Source of the DNA: Anthoceros angustus
Taxonomy: Eukaryota; Plantae; Anthocerotophyta
Reading direction: 5' to 3'
Assembly (NCBI GenBank): GCA_010909165.1
Contig: VJWM01000107.1
Span: forward strand, 558,001-622,000
DNA: 64,000 bases
The first letter of the stretch is position 1. Each line of letters begins with the position of its first letter. The notes below the pieces were generated by a model. It was given only the letters and a program-made list of their open reading frames with translations. It did no database searches and had not been told where the DNA came from. The translations under genes and the position numbers were made by a program. Positions 62,240 through 64,000 of the stretch are shown in pieces.

Positions 62240-62465
62240 TTACACACACCCTAAAATGAGCCGCTCGGTCCGTACACACATCTTAAATGTCGCTCGCTGC
62301 TTACACACATCCTAAATGTCGCTCGCTGCTTACACACATCCTAAATGTCGCTCGCTGCTTACACACATCCTAAATGTCGCTCACTGCTTACATACATTCT
62401 AAATATGGTTCGCTGCTTACACACATCCTAAATGTCGCTCGCGGCTTGCACACATCCTAAATGTT
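62240..62465. repeat. 29-bp minisatellite (ACACACATCCTAAATGTCGCTCGCTGCTT), about 7 copies
   Basis: Directly visible. Confidence 0.93.
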
Positions 62466-63348
62466 CGAATTGCCGCAAAGTTATTGGCGTTTGGCCTACT
62501 CATGCTTGTATATTATCCTACTACCTACCTTTGTCATTATATAATAATAATAATACTATTATATTATTCCGTCATCCTATTAGTTATATAAACTATGAGA
62601 TATTTAATTTATATTATTTTCTTATTTTGATAAGAAGTGGATACATACTCAAAAGAACATTCAAACCAAGGAAAGATTATGGCAGCAAGATTGATGAAAT
62701 ATATGTAAATTATGACTTAAGGCAAGGGGGTCTATAAAGTTTGTATAGGTACTTTGATATGTTTCTTATTTTAATGCTACCAAATTAAGTGATATTTTTG
62801 TACGAAGATCAATGTATGTGGGTAGTGAAAGAAGGTAGAGGAGCGAATTGGTGGAGGGATGTTTTTGAATGGACGTTAGTTGAACTCAAGAGGAGTGAGG
62901 TAAGCCTGAAGGCATGGTTAGCTGAAACCGAGAGAAGAGGGAGGGATTTGGTCGGGTCGTTTGTCCTAGTGGGGAAAAAGTGGACGGCTACACAAGCCTT
63001 ACTTGGTCTGGTGCGGCCTCCCGATCAGCTCTCCCCTTTCACCTTCACCACCCTCTCTCAGGGTAGGCAGCCCAGCCAGGCGAGCCACGCCGGACTGGAC
63101 GACGCCCGGCCAAGGAAGTTCAGCAGCTACGACCATACAGCGGGCTGCACTGCTACACGCTGGTTCCTTCAAACCCTGTCTTTGACGGATCCAGCTGCGC
63201 CATCGCCCGGCGCATTGCCGGCCACGGACCGCAGATCGCACCGGGAGCAGCAGGCTAGGGTTCTGCAGATCCCCCGCCACATTTGTGACCGATCCGGGTG
63301 CCGGGGCATTGGATCTGCGGGCAGCGCCAGGATAGGGCGGCAGGAGAC

Positions 63349-64000
63349 ATGAGCGTGGCGGTGGCAGCCTCGACTGCCCATGGGCAGCTGGATGCGCAGA
63401 TTGCGCAGCTCAACCAATGCAAGCCGCTGCCGGAGCACGAGGTGAGTCGCCCCTGTGCTCTGCCGCGCCCCATTCTGCTTGACTCGGCCTTGCGTGCGGG
63501 TCCGTTTCGGCCGCTGTCTTGGTTTAGGCTTCTGCTGCTGGCTGCTGCTTTCGCGTCGGGCCCCGTTTGTGCTGCGTGCATCGCTTGTTTGCCGCGTCAA
63601 TGTGTTCTCTTTGAGTCCCCGCATCTTGTTTGCATGTTTCCTTGTTGCAACGCGGGTTTTTGTGTTTCTGTGGATGAAGAGGAAAGATCGATATTGCAGT
63701 TCAGCTAGTGTGGGAAGCATGCAAGCCTGAGATGTAGTGTCGAGGCAATCTAGGGAGTTCTGGGTTTGCACCGGAAGGTTCAAAGTTTAGGTAGTCATGA
63801 GCATTGCATTCTCATGGGCATTTTCGGCATCACTGTCAAAATGAATGAAGTTCTCACTACGAAGAGTTACAGATGAAACTCTGGGAGTTCCAGTTGATAA
63901 AATCTATGGAAAGTATGCGAAAGGCACTAGCATGAAATCTGGTTCTTTTGAATTCTCTTTGCAGGTTAGGGCACTGTGTGAGAAGGCGAAAGAAATTTTG
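63349..64000 (+). CDS. PP2A: PP2A catalytic subunit, subfamily II type; exon 1 63349-63441, exon 2 from 63965; continues beyond the window
   Basis: LDAQIAQLNQCKPLPEHE|VRALCEKAKEIL matches the PP2A-3/4-type N-terminus; GTGAGT..TTGCAG intron. Confidence 0.9.

Overview
Eukaryotic nuclear DNA from a land plant with compact genes (introns mostly 90-150 bp, GC-rich first exons). A seed-free lineage such as a hornwort is plausible but is inference only. Gene-rich left part (1-23.2 kb): 3' end of coatomer zeta, a multiply disrupted AAE17/18-like acyl-activating-enzyme pseudogene, a damaged tRNA-Ala(AGC), an intronless 1076-codon orphan ORF with an internal Cys/His-rich duplication, isocitrate lyase, a DExH1-type helicase, ATG8 and a DUF1218 gene. 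From 23.7 to 49 kb is a transposon island. It holds a heptad-repeat remnant and an old Ty1/copia element (B, 26.45-47.07 kb) into which two further copia elements are nested: A (26694-32846, TG..CA) and C (33387-45101, non-canonical TA..TA termini, CATAG TSD). The right part holds a plastid-type dPGM gene with a 1.7-kb partial tandem duplicate, a truncated minus-strand copia (D), a triplicated coiled-coil module, several minisatellites and the start of a PP2A catalytic subunit. The most notable signal is that A, B and C each carry an antisense accessory reading frame between RNase H and the PPT, with candidate introns. Those of A and B share motifs (VIELSSS, CEGSPxW), C's begins with a C2HC zinc finger, and A and C also have an extra ORF 5' of gag. 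Many tandem duplications are joined at 6-8 bp microhomologies and carry indel noise, so assembly artefact must be excluded.
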